From NCBI GenBank assembly GCA_964474655.1, contig CAYYTU010000002.1, positions 64,095 to 128,094 on the forward strand: DNA of 64,000 bases, given 5' to 3'. This document shows positions 9,631 through 19,096 of this stretch, piece by piece; positions within the stretch are counted from its first letter, which is position 1; the number at the start of each line of letters is the position of its first letter. The position numbers were made by a program, and so were the translations under genes. Source of the stretch: an uncultured Anaerolineales bacterium (GTDB taxonomy: Bacteria > Chloroflexota > Anaerolineae > B4-G1). Under the pieces are notes generated by a model. That model searched no databases. It worked only from the letters and a program-made list of their open reading frames with translations, and was not told where the DNA came from.

Positions 9631-11373
9631 TCACTCGCTCTCGCTCGCCCAGCGTTCGATCAGCTCATCATATTCAACTGTCTGTGGCTGCTCAGGAAGA
9701 CGCGCCGACTTGGGCGCGCCGGGCGCCGCCAACCATTCGTAGGGGTCGCGGTAGGTATTAAGCCGAGGTGAATACTTCGCCATCCGCATACGGCTCATCG
9801 CCTCATCCATCTGCCGGGCGATAGCATCCATCGCCTGCTGCGGCATCACGTCCCCCTCGAGCGCCCGGGCGATATTCGGCCACCAGTATCCAGATAATTC
9901 GGGGTAATCAGGCACGTTCGGGCCTGTGTCCGTCCACTTATCCTCCTCATCCGAGCGATAGAACTCGATCAACCCGCCCCATTGTTCCTTACGCTCCGTG
10001 AGATAATCCGAAAAGATCGTGGAGTGGCGCACCGGTGTGCCGCCCTCCAGGAACTTCTGCAGGGCCACCGTCTTAGAGACACAGAACTGGGCCCAAAGCC
10101 AGGCCATCGCCCGCCGCTGCCCTTTGACGTTCCTGGGAATGGTCCAGCTGCCAGCGTCCTGGTAGCCGACCTTCATCCCCTCATCCCAGTAGCGTCCGTG
10201 CGGCGTCGGCGCCACGCGCCACAAGCGATTACCGTCTTTGTCCACTACCGGGCTACCCGGCTCGTGGAAAGATTCATCGGAAAGCCAGGTGATATACTGG
10301 AATATCTTCTGCGCGATATCACCCCGCGAGGCCTTCGGACCAGCGTCGACCCAGCGCCAGTCCAGGGCCTCCGGCGGTGCATACTCCTCCAGCCACTTGA
10401 TGTAAGTTGACAGAGCGTAGACGGCAGCCGGCCCATTGGTCGCGCCGCCGCGGGCCACAGAGGCACCTACCGGAACCTTGTCTTCAACCCGAATGCCCCA
10501 CTCATCGACGGGCAAACCATTGGGCAAGCCCCTGTCGCCCACGCCAGCGATCGAGAGCCAGGCATCGGTAAAACGCCAGCCGAGGGAGGGCGATTTCTTG
10601 CCATAGTCCAAGTGTCCATAGACCATCTGCCCTTCAATCTCCCGTCCAGTGAAGAAGGTTGCAATATCCTCGTAGGCAGCCCAGTTGAGCGGCACACCCA
10701 GCTCGTAGCCGTACTCCTCCTCGAAGGCAGCTTTGATCTCGGGATCGGTGAACCAATCGTAGCGGAACCAATAGAGATTGGCAAACTGCTGATCGGGCAG
10801 CTGGAGCTGGTTGCCATCGTAATCCTGTCCAAACTCCAGGTTCAAGAAATCATCCAAATCCAGATCGGGGTTTGTAAATCGCTGGCCCTCACCGACCATA
10901 TACGCACTCAGGTCGACTACGCTCTGGCTACGCAGGTGCGTACCCACCAGATCGGCATCGTTGACGTAGATGTCGTAAATGATGCGCCCGGTGCTTTGCT
11001 GCTCCACCAACCGCTCGACGACCGTGCCCTCGCCCACAATCTCGTGCTCCACGTGGATACCGGTGAGCTCCTCAAAGGCCTCCGCCAACACCTCACTCTC
11101 CCAGAAGTGCGTGTTGATGTCCTCCGCCACGGAGGTGATACTACGCCCCCGAAACGGCTCAGAGGCTTCAACAAACCAACGCAGCTCAGACACACGCTCC
11201 TGCCGGGAAAGGACGGACGGCTCGAACACGTCGGCCCACTTCTGAACTGCCTCCTCGTATGCATCATCGGACACAGTGGACTGGGCCATAGCCGGCCCTG
11301 CGGTCCACAAAACCAACGAAACGCAGACGCCGAAGATCAACCCCTTCGTCAGCATCGGGACACCCGCTCTCAC
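9631..11373 (-). CDS. ABC-transporter-type extracellular solute-binding protein (family 1-like). Orphan: no permease or ATPase gene is present in the window.
   Basis: 580-aa ORF with a signal peptide MLTKGLIFGVCVSLVLWTAGPAMAQ. The GTG start at 11373 overlaps the stop of the upstream GAF gene (GTGA) and follows GGAGGAGGA. An alternative ATG is at 11355. The protein is Trp/Tyr-rich, as is typical of sugar-type solute-binding proteins. Confidence 0.7.
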   Translation of the reverse strand: MRAGVPMLTKGLIFGVCVSLVLWTAGPAMAQSTVSDDAYEEAVQKWADVFEPSVLSRQERVSELRWFVEASEPFRGRSITSVAEDINTHFWESEVLAEAFEELTGIHVEHEIVGEGTVVERLVEQQSTGRIIYDIYVNDADLVGTHLRSQSVVDLSAYMVGEGQRFTNPDLDLDDFLNLEFGQDYDGNQLQLPDQQFANLYWFRYDWFTDPEIKAAFEEEYGYELGVPLNWAAYEDIATFFTGREIEGQMVYGHLDYGKKSPSLGWRFTDAWLSIAGVGDRGLPNGLPVDEWGIRVEDKVPVGASVARGGATNGPAAVYALSTYIKWLEEYAPPEALDWRWVDAGPKASRGDIAQKIFQYITWLSDESFHEPGSPVVDKDGNRLWRVAPTPHGRYWDEGMKVGYQDAGSWTIPRNVKGQRRAMAWLWAQFCVSKTVALQKFLEGGTPVRHSTIFSDYLTERKEQWGGLIEFYRSDEEDKWTDTGPNVPDYPELSGYWWPNIARALEGDVMPQQAMDAIARQMDEAMSRMRMAKYSPRLNTYRDPYEWLAAPGAPKSARLPEQPQTVEYDELIERWASESE

Positions 11374-13232
11374 GTCTCATCCTCCTCCAAGGCAGTCTGC
11401 ATAATCCGCACCTCGGCCTCCTCCAGATCCAACGCCGTACGCATCTCACGAACAGCGGTCTGGAGCACGTCCTCCACGTCAAGCGACTGGCGCATATGCG
11501 TGGTAATCTGACCGATCAACTGCTCGCGCTGAGCCCGGCGCCGGGTCTCCTCCAGCAGACGAGCGTTCTCCAGCGCCAGCGCGATCTGATCGCTGATTTC
11601 CTCCATCAGCGCTACCTCCTCCGGCGACCAAGGCTCTTCGTCCGGACCTTGCTTTAAGAGAATCGATCCGATGTTCTGGCCCCGCAGCTGGATGGGCGCG
11701 GCCAGCTGACGACCGTTCCTTTCCTGGATGACCTTCGCCTCGCCAACCGTCTCCGTCAGTTCGGGCGACTCGGCTTCCTGGACGCCCATGTGGGTATAAT
11801 GGTAGGCTGAGCTGCGCGCGATGGATGGACGCTGCCACGCCTCGCGCACCCGCTCCCCATAAAGCCGTTCCAGCTCTCTCAAGGCCCGCCCACTTTCCTC
11901 AAGCAAGCGTGCATTTTCGATGGCGAGAGCGATCTGGTCGGCCAGGGACTTGATGATGGCCACATCCTGGTCGCTGAAGGCTCCCTTCTCCTTCGATTGA
12001 ATATCTATCACACCGATGATCTCGCCCCGCAACTCCATCGGCACCGCCACCTCTGAATGCGTCTCGGGCAGATCGGGGTTAGTAAAATGAACCGCGTCCT
12101 CGCCCACGTCCAGCGCCACACGCGTTGTGCCAGAGGCCGCCACCGCCCCCACAATCCCCTGACCCCCTACCTTCAGGCGATGGCCTCGCTCTAACATGCG
12201 GCGCCCACCCTCCGAAGACGCAGCCTGGATGACGGCGTACTCCTTATCCTCGTCCAATAGAAAGATGCCGGTATGGTAGAAGCCCAACAGCACGGACATC
12301 AGATGAGCAGTCTCGTCCAACAGTTGATCAACGTCACGGATAGAGGCCGCTTGCCTGGCCACCTGAGCAGCGCCTTCCAGCTCAAACAGGGTCTCCTCCA
12401 GCTCACGCGTACGCTCATTCACCCGCTGCTCCAGCTCTGACAACATCTCTTGTAATCGAGATGAGGTCTCGTTGAGCGTCCGAGCCAACATGCCGATCTC
12501 ATCGTGACGCTCCACTTCCACCCGCCGGGATAGGTCTCCCTGCTGAACAGCTTCGGCTGCATCCACCAGGGCCTCAATGGGCCGGGTGATACTGCCGGTA
12601 ACCATAAATACCATCCAAGAACCAATAAGGATCGCCCCCAGAGCTGCCAGGATCCAGTACCAACGGAGATTTCTCTGGATGCGCGTCGATTCGCCCATCG
12701 ACGCCTGGAGATCATGACGGAGACCATCCTCCAGGGCCTCCAAGTTCTCGTTGAAACGGCGCTCAAGCGTGGCCAGATCTGTGTGGCGCATTGTCTGAGC
12801 CCGAGACCAGCGGCCCGCGCGAGCCATAGTGGCCAATTCGGCCATCTGCTCAGCTAACTCCGCCCCCAACCTCCGAAGTGCCTCCACGGTCTCCGCATTC
12901 TGCCCGGTGATTGTAGCGGAGTCCCCGGTCGTTTCGTCCTGCAGCGCGTACAGCTCCTGATTGAGGGCCTGGAGGTCAGCGCTCAACCGATCCTCCGTCA
13001 CTCCCGTCTGACGGGTAAGCAATATCTGATCGACCGTGGACATCGCCTTCAGCCATTTTAACTTCAGATCGGCCAGCTGTTCGATTGAGACCCGGCGCTG
13101 ACGCGAGGCCTCGGACGCTCGCTCCATCTCTTGGATATAGATCAGCCCAGCTCCGCTGACGAACAAGCCCAGCACGATCATCACGCCAAAAGCGATTATC
13201 AGGCGCTGCCTTACGGATAGATTCAATCCCAT
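11370..13232 (-). CDS. Membrane sensor-like protein: periplasmic helical domain, HAMP, GAF, half-GAF and conserved tail. No output domain.
   Basis: ORF 11370..13244. The tool start is TTG; ATG (MGLNLS) is at 13232 with GGAGG 4 nt upstream. TM segments LIIAFGVMIVLGLFVSGAGLIYI and WYWILAALGAILIGSWMVFMV. GAF signature VAVPMELRGEIIGVIDIQS. Tail is RRRAQREQLIGQITTHMRQSLDVEDVLQTAVREMRTALDLEEAEV. Confidence 0.75.
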   Translation of the reverse strand: MGLNLSVRQRLIIAFGVMIVLGLFVSGAGLIYIQEMERASEASRQRRVSIEQLADLKLKWLKAMSTVDQILLTRQTGVTEDRLSADLQALNQELYALQDETTGDSATITGQNAETVEALRRLGAELAEQMAELATMARAGRWSRAQTMRHTDLATLERRFNENLEALEDGLRHDLQASMGESTRIQRNLRWYWILAALGAILIGSWMVFMVTGSITRPIEALVDAAEAVQQGDLSRRVEVERHDEIGMLARTLNETSSRLQEMLSELEQRVNERTRELEETLFELEGAAQVARQAASIRDVDQLLDETAHLMSVLLGFYHTGIFLLDEDKEYAVIQAASSEGGRRMLERGHRLKVGGQGIVGAVAASGTTRVALDVGEDAVHFTNPDLPETHSEVAVPMELRGEIIGVIDIQSKEKGAFSDQDVAIIKSLADQIALAIENARLLEESGRALRELERLYGERVREAWQRPSIARSSAYHYTHMGVQEAESPELTETVGEAKVIQERNGRQLAAPIQLRGQNIGSILLKQGPDEEPWSPEEVALMEEISDQIALALENARLLEETRRRAQREQLIGQITTHMRQSLDVEDVLQTAVREMRTALDLEEAEVRIMQTALEEDET

Positions 13233-13250
13233 CACCGCCTCCAAACGGGC

Positions 13251-15512
13251 CTAACCTCTCTCTACCACCTGCTCACCCAACGAGGAGCGACCTTCGTCGC
13301 CATCTCCCAACCGAATCCACGCCTCCGAGGCCCGCAAAGATTGTCCCAGCTCCCGAACCGCTGTGCGCAAGATGGCATCGATGTCGGAGGAAGCGCGCAC
13401 CTGGGATGTGATCTTGGCGGCCAAACGCTCCCGCTCGGCCCGCCGTTCCGTCTCCTCCAGCAGCCGTAACCCCTCAAGCGCTACCGCAATCTGATCGGCC
13501 AGGGTGCGGTAAAGTCGTATCTGGCGTTTGCTGAACGCGTAAGTCCCTTCCAAGGACTCGACGAGGAGCCATCCCAGGAACCGCTCGCCGGCGATTAGAG
13601 GTATCATAGCCATAGCATCAACCCCCAGCACATGCTGGAAGAAGTACTGAGAAGTCTCGTCCAGGGCCGACGATGTAGCCACATCCGCGATGACCAACGG
13701 GTCGGAGGACAGATCGGCCATAATAGGCGCTTGCGACATGCTCCAGCGGGTGCCGAGCAGGTCCGGTTGCTCGATGCCCGGCTCCCACGCAGCCCCGACT
13801 TCCACTACCCGATCGCCGCTGATAGTTTCGGGGCCGACGAAGGCCAAAACACAACGGTCTATCTGGGGCGGAATGACGTGGTTGGTGAAGGCCCGCAAAA
13901 TATCGGCGCGGGATTGAGCGGCCACGATGGCCCGACTGGCACGATAGAGCGCCTCCGTCTCCCCCAGCGCTCTCTGCGTCTCCTGGAAGAGCCGAGCGCT
14001 CTCCAGCGCCTGGCTCGCCTGGTCGGCCACGGACTTGACCAACGCTTCTTCCTCGGAAGTAAGTGGGCGCTCGCCCAGATCCAGATTCAGGCGTCCGATT
14101 GCCTCCCCCCGCACCCGGAGCGGGACAGTCGACTGGGGCTCCCGGCCCGGCAACTCCTCCGACTTGCGCGACGTGACATGCCCGCTATCGTAGATGTAGC
14201 CCCAGCCTGGTCGCTCCGCCACAGCCCGCTCCCAACCCTCCAGGCTCTCCTGGCGCAGCAGCGCCTTCACCTCTCGCACCCGGGCCTGAGCCTCCTCCAG
14301 CAAGCGCGTGTTATCAATGGCCAGCGCCACCTGATCGGCCATCGTCTGGAGGATAGAGATGTCCTCATCGTCGAAGGCCTGGGCCTCGGTGGACTGGACG
14401 TCCAGCACGCCGATAACCTCGCTGCGCACTTCCAGCGGCAACGCCATCTCCGACCGGGTAAGGGGAAGGTCAGGGTTATCGAAGAAGACCGCATCATCAC
14501 CCACGTCAAGGGCGATACGTGGCTCCGCAGCCTGGGCCACGTATCCCACAATCCCCTCCTGCCCGACCGCCAACCGGTGACCGCGCTTGAGCATCTGCTC
14601 CCCCCCCTCGGACGAAGCCGAGCGGAGGACAGCGTACTCCTGCAAATCATCCAGCAAGAAGAGACCAGCGTGGTAGAAGTCAAAGCGCTCCGAGATCAGG
14701 TTGACCACGCGCTCCAGCAATTGGTCCAGGTCGTGAATCGCGCTTGCCTCTCTGGCCACCAGGGCTGCAGTCTCCAGCTGGGTGGAACGCTGCCTCAGGT
14801 CAGCGGTGCGGTCGGACACCTGCTGCTCCAGAGAATGGCGGTGCTCATCAAGGGCATCCCGCGTGCTTCGCAGGCGATCTATCGTATCATGCAACGTGCG
14901 CATGTTCAGATACGTGAGTAAACCGACGGTGGTGACCAGCATCAACAACGTGAAGGCAAGCTGGGTAAACTCTCGACCGGCCGGTTCCAGTGTGAGAAGC
15001 GGCGCATAGAACCCCAGATGCTCAAGCCCGAACAGAACCGCAAAATAGCCGACCACCAATCCTGTCATAAGCAACGAATAACGAGGAGACAGCAGAACCC
15101 CGGCGATGGTAATCGTCCAGGCGTAGAGAATCCACGCCGGCGATCGTATGCCATCGAACGTGAAGGCCGCCGCCCCAATGCCCACGAAGTTGATCCAGAC
15201 GAAGAAGAGCAACATCGAACGGATGCGGCCGCGCTTGGCCTGGGTCATACAGAACAGAGAGAGGGGAATAAACCCCAGCGGGAAGGCGGCAGCGATCAAA
15301 GCAACAGAGCGCTCGGTCATCCCCAGCAGCCAGCTCGAGACAAACGTAAGGACCAGGGAAATTGTGATCCCGATACTGATCATCAGCAAGGTGTTGAAGA
15401 GACGACCCTGACGCGCCTTCTCATCATCAGGCACGTCAACCGCGACCAGTCGGTCCCACCTGGACGTAATGCGAGCCCAAACGTTCGTGGATTGCTCGTT
15501 CATATCATTCAT
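13251..15512 (-). CDS. Polytopic membrane protein (about 6-7 TM helices) with a coiled coil, GAF, half-GAF, a second GAF and the conserved tail. No output domain.
   Basis: 753-aa ORF. Hydrophobic N-terminal 200 aa. GAF signature LPLEVRSEVIGVLDVQSTEAQAF. Tail is ERRAERERLAAKITSQVRASSDIDAILRTAVRELGQSLRASEAWIRL. Confidence 0.75.
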   Translation of the reverse strand: MNDMNEQSTNVWARITSRWDRLVAVDVPDDEKARQGRLFNTLLMISIGITISLVLTFVSSWLLGMTERSVALIAAAFPLGFIPLSLFCMTQAKRGRIRSMLLFFVWINFVGIGAAAFTFDGIRSPAWILYAWTITIAGVLLSPRYSLLMTGLVVGYFAVLFGLEHLGFYAPLLTLEPAGREFTQLAFTLLMLVTTVGLLTYLNMRTLHDTIDRLRSTRDALDEHRHSLEQQVSDRTADLRQRSTQLETAALVAREASAIHDLDQLLERVVNLISERFDFYHAGLFLLDDLQEYAVLRSASSEGGEQMLKRGHRLAVGQEGIVGYVAQAAEPRIALDVGDDAVFFDNPDLPLTRSEMALPLEVRSEVIGVLDVQSTEAQAFDDEDISILQTMADQVALAIDNTRLLEEAQARVREVKALLRQESLEGWERAVAERPGWGYIYDSGHVTSRKSEELPGREPQSTVPLRVRGEAIGRLNLDLGERPLTSEEEALVKSVADQASQALESARLFQETQRALGETEALYRASRAIVAAQSRADILRAFTNHVIPPQIDRCVLAFVGPETISGDRVVEVGAAWEPGIEQPDLLGTRWSMSQAPIMADLSSDPLVIADVATSSALDETSQYFFQHVLGVDAMAMIPLIAGERFLGWLLVESLEGTYAFSKRQIRLYRTLADQIAVALEGLRLLEETERRAERERLAAKITSQVRASSDIDAILRTAVRELGQSLRASEAWIRLGDGDEGRSSLGEQVVERG

Positions 15513-15513
15513 C

Positions 15514-16173
15514 CTAGCCTACTAACGCAAAAGCCAGGGCGTAAGCTGCCCAGATCCAAAGTCCCTGGACACCCCCCAGAATCGGCGCCAGCCACCAGGG
15601 ACGCTCTTCCAATCGCCACACCAGGAGCACTGCCCCACCGGCGATCAAGAACTCTCCCATGATGATGTAAAGCGGAACCGGCCCCCACATTTGCGTCTGC
15701 TCATAAAACCACCACACGGCCCCCTTGGCCCACCATTCGTAGAGCGGAATCGTGGCAGCCCCCAACAATCCAGTCAGCACCACCGCCCATCCCAGATCGA
15801 TTTTTTGCGACAGTCGCCAGCCGATGTAGGCCGTCTGAACCAGGACAACGCCCCAGGCGAAGGGCATATAAAGCGGCGAGCGAACGACAAAAGGCCCGCC
15901 CGGGTGAAAGACCAGCGTCTCGGTCACATCCACCAGCCAGCGATCGGCCAACAGCTCCGTCCAGCCTGCCACCATAGCCAGAAGAAGGAGACGTCCCGTC
16001 AGGCGGTTCCGACTCCAGAGAAAATAGCCGATGAAGATAAGCCAGTTGAGGGCAGTGATGATACTAGCGCCGATCCAGCCCGGAGCCAGCAGCGAGCAGA
16101 GCCCATTCCAGAGAAGCGTCAGCGCCAAAGTGCCACCGATAATCCAGTCACGCGATCGCGGCATCGTCTCCAT
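15514..16173 (-). CDS. Hypothetical integral membrane protein (about 6 TM helices), embedded between two GAF genes.
   Basis: ORF 15514..16224. The preferred start METMPRS at 16173 has GGGGAGG 7 nt upstream. This start still overlaps the upstream gene end (16148) by 26 nt. The stop is 1 nt from the next gene start. Rich in Trp, Leu and Gly. No family recognised. Confidence 0.5.
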   Translation of the reverse strand: METMPRSRDWIIGGTLALTLLWNGLCSLLAPGWIGASIITALNWLIFIGYFLWSRNRLTGRLLLLAMVAGWTELLADRWLVDVTETLVFHPGGPFVVRSPLYMPFAWGVVLVQTAYIGWRLSQKIDLGWAVVLTGLLGAATIPLYEWWAKGAVWWFYEQTQMWGPVPLYIIMGEFLIAGGAVLLVWRLEERPWWLAPILGGVQGLWIWAAYALAFALVG

Positions 16174-19060
16174 TCCCGTCCTCCCCGTTATCGCTTTCAT
16201 CCGCTGCGCCATTGATCTCATCATCAGCGGTACGCCCCTCCTCGTCTACCGGGGCGCCATTCCCATCCGGACCGGTCATCTCGACGCTCACCATATCCGC
16301 CTGGAGCGCGCGGCCCAGCTCTCTGACCGTCGTCTCTAGAATCGCGTCCGGGTCCATTGAGCCCCTCAGCTGACCGGCGATTTCACCTACCAGCTGCTCA
16401 CGAGCAGCACGGCGCTGCGTCTCTCGATATAACCGTGCTCCTTCTAACGTGACCCCCAGCTGGTCCGCCACCGCTTCCAGCGTCCTTATTTCCTCCGGCG
16501 TCCAGGGATCGGCATCGCTGGGCTTATACGTATCCAGGACTCCCACCACCTGACCGCGCACTTTGATCGGCACAGAGAGAGGATGATTATTGCCAATGCG
16601 GTCCAACATCTCTCCGTGGGCCGGTTTGCCCGTGCGCACGGCCTCCTCCATAGCCGGTCGCCAGATATCGCCGACCTTGACCACGCCTCTTTCGTCGCTA
16701 TGATAACCCAGGTTCGGCTGAATCCGCAGCAGCTCGGCCCAGGATTCACGGCTCAACTCTCCGTAGGCCCGCTGGGCTGCCTCCAGCGCATCCTGCGACT
16801 CGGCGAAGAGGTACGCATTGTCCAGCGCCACCGCCACATAGTCGGCCATCGTTTGTAAGACGGTGACGACGTCTTCGTCAAAGGCGGACGGCTGGACGCT
16901 CTGGACAGTGATCGCGCCCAGGATTCGACCCCGGGAGCGGAGCGGCAGCGCCACCTCCGAGCGCGTTGACGGGAGCAACGGATTGTCAAAGTGGACCGGT
17001 TCGTCACCGACATCCAACGCGATGCGCGCCTCGCCCCGATCCACACATTGGCCGATCATCGATTCACCGCCTACTTTAAGCTTATGGCCCTGTTCCAGCA
17101 TCTGCTGTCCGGCCTCGCCGGTACCAGCCCGCAGCCGAGCCCAACCACCGGTCTCGTCCATCAGGAAAAGCCCGACATAGTAAAACCCGAACCGGCTGCG
17201 AATCAGATCGACCACGCTCTGGTTCAGCTCATCAACGTCCAGAATGGAGGAGGCGGCCCGTCCCACCTCAGCGGAAGCCTCCAGGTAGGCCGACCGGACC
17301 TCAAGATCGCGCGTGCGCTCGGCGACGCGTTGCTCCAGGTTGCCGATCAGCTCCCGCAGTCGCGCCGTCATACTATTAAACGCTTTCGCCAGAGCGCCGA
17401 TTTCATCCTGACGCTCCACACTCGCAGTGCGCTCCAGGTCGCCGGCGGCGATCTGCGAAGCCGTCTCCGAAAGGGTCTGGAGCGGTCGCCCGATGCTTTG
17501 TGCGATGAGCAACGAGACTAAGCCCGCAGCCGCAGCTGCTATCACAGCGATCCCAGCATTGGTCCAAACTGTCCTGTTGATGCCGCTCAGAGCCTCCGAT
17601 TGATCTTGCTCGGCGATCAAAGCCACCTGGAGACGAGGCAGCCAGTGGTAGACACCCACCACCGGCACCTCACGATAATCCAGGTAAAGTCCGGACCCGT
17701 CCATTTTGGTGGTTAGAGCAGTCTCGACCGCCTCCGTACGCACATAAACTCTCTCTTCATCTCCAAAACGCGAGGCCGTGATCATAGCGTTGTTGGCCCC
17801 GACGAGATAAGTCTCTCCCGTCTCGCCCAGGCCGGCTCGCTCCGACATAATCTTATCCAGCGTCTCCATACTGGCATAGCCAGCCAACACGCCCAGTAAA
17901 CGCCCATACTCGCCAAGCACTGGACGGGAAACCACCACCAACGTACGATCTAAAGAGGGGGAGTAAAATGGCGGCGTGATGTAGGATAACCGCCTGCCGC
18001 GCTGAAAAAATTCTTCCTGACGCCGGATTTGGCCCTCTTGGCTAGGCATGGTGGAGAGGATGATCTCACCATCGGGGTCCACTAAAAAAACCGTCTCAAG
18101 CAGCTGCTCCTGTTGCAATATCCGCTGGAAGTCGTTTAGGAGAATCTCGTACGATTCTTGATAGTCCGCCGAATCCTCCTGCGCATCGATCAATCTGCTC
18201 ACAACCTCGACCATCTCCGAATCCAGATACCGCAGATCCGAGGATTGCCGGACCGAGCTGGCCAAAACATCCTCAATGCTGGTCAGCCAGCGCTCAATCT
18301 CGGCCTCCTTCAGCGTGGCTACCGACTCCAGCTGATTGACGACCTGCTGGCGACCGCTGCGGGTGCCGGTGATCACCGACCCGGTGGCGACGGCCCCGGC
18401 CGTCAGCGTCACGGTGACGATGGAGGTAACAAGCATTCGATTACGGATACTCCGGAGGAGGAAGTCGCGTATAAGCCGCCACAGGACGAATCCGCCCACT
18501 AGCGCGGTGAGGGAGAAGACGAGATAGGGCACCAATCTCAATTGGGTCACATCGTAACGCGGCAGCAAATCAACCCGATTGACCAACCAAAACCAACCGC
18601 CCAGGAGCGCCAAAGCAGCGCCCCAGACCCACCACCTCTTCCACAAGATAGCGCGGGCCAGAACCAGAATCAAGAAGATGCCGCTCAGCAACAGATAGAG
18701 CGTAACTTCCTCCAACACCAGCTCGCCGCCGCCATAAGAGATCACGACGGAAAATAACAAGACGGCGCCGGCACGATCAGGGTTACCCCGTCGCAGCTGC
18801 CAGGCTGCCACAGCAACCCCGAGCAGGCTCAACGCAGCTAAGCCCATCACTACCAACATCTGCCAGGCCTGCGTCTGGAGGACAAACAGCGTATAAAAGA
18901 CGAAAACGACCAGATCGGTAAAGAGGCCAACGTGCAAAATACGCCTGATCCGTTCGCGCCGCTGCTCCTCCAGGATAGCGACATCGACCTGCGTCTCAAC
19001 GAGGCTGGCGTTACGAGCAGCGCTCGCTGGTTGCCGTTCAGCCTTCCTATCGTCAGTCAT
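16148..19060 (-). CDS. Membrane sensor-like protein: polytopic N-terminus, periplasmic Cache-like domain, HAMP, GAF, half-GAF and conserved tail. Its sensor module is homologous to that of the histidine kinase at 25329..27788, but it lacks the kinase core.
   Basis: 970-aa ORF. Cache-like block VVGVYHWLPRLQVALIAEQDQSEA matches VIGVYQWMPALELALVAEQKQETA in the kinase. HAMP motif IAAGDLERTASV. GAF signature LPLRSRGRILGAITVQS. Tail is QRRAAREQLVGEIAGQLRGSMDPDAILETTVRELGRALQADMVSVEM followed by a long acidic tail. Confidence 0.78.
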   Translation of the reverse strand: MTDDRKAERQPASAARNASLVETQVDVAILEEQRRERIRRILHVGLFTDLVVFVFYTLFVLQTQAWQMLVVMGLAALSLLGVAVAAWQLRRGNPDRAGAVLLFSVVISYGGGELVLEEVTLYLLLSGIFLILVLARAILWKRWWVWGAALALLGGWFWLVNRVDLLPRYDVTQLRLVPYLVFSLTALVGGFVLWRLIRDFLLRSIRNRMLVTSIVTVTLTAGAVATGSVITGTRSGRQQVVNQLESVATLKEAEIERWLTSIEDVLASSVRQSSDLRYLDSEMVEVVSRLIDAQEDSADYQESYEILLNDFQRILQQEQLLETVFLVDPDGEIILSTMPSQEGQIRRQEEFFQRGRRLSYITPPFYSPSLDRTLVVVSRPVLGEYGRLLGVLAGYASMETLDKIMSERAGLGETGETYLVGANNAMITASRFGDEERVYVRTEAVETALTTKMDGSGLYLDYREVPVVGVYHWLPRLQVALIAEQDQSEALSGINRTVWTNAGIAVIAAAAAGLVSLLIAQSIGRPLQTLSETASQIAAGDLERTASVERQDEIGALAKAFNSMTARLRELIGNLEQRVAERTRDLEVRSAYLEASAEVGRAASSILDVDELNQSVVDLIRSRFGFYYVGLFLMDETGGWARLRAGTGEAGQQMLEQGHKLKVGGESMIGQCVDRGEARIALDVGDEPVHFDNPLLPSTRSEVALPLRSRGRILGAITVQSVQPSAFDEDVVTVLQTMADYVAVALDNAYLFAESQDALEAAQRAYGELSRESWAELLRIQPNLGYHSDERGVVKVGDIWRPAMEEAVRTGKPAHGEMLDRIGNNHPLSVPIKVRGQVVGVLDTYKPSDADPWTPEEIRTLEAVADQLGVTLEGARLYRETQRRAAREQLVGEIAGQLRGSMDPDAILETTVRELGRALQADMVSVEMTGPDGNGAPVDEEGRTADDEINGAADESDNGEDGNGDDAAIA

Positions 19061-19096
19061 AATGGCTCCGTTCCAAACAACCTCCCAAACCCTCGC

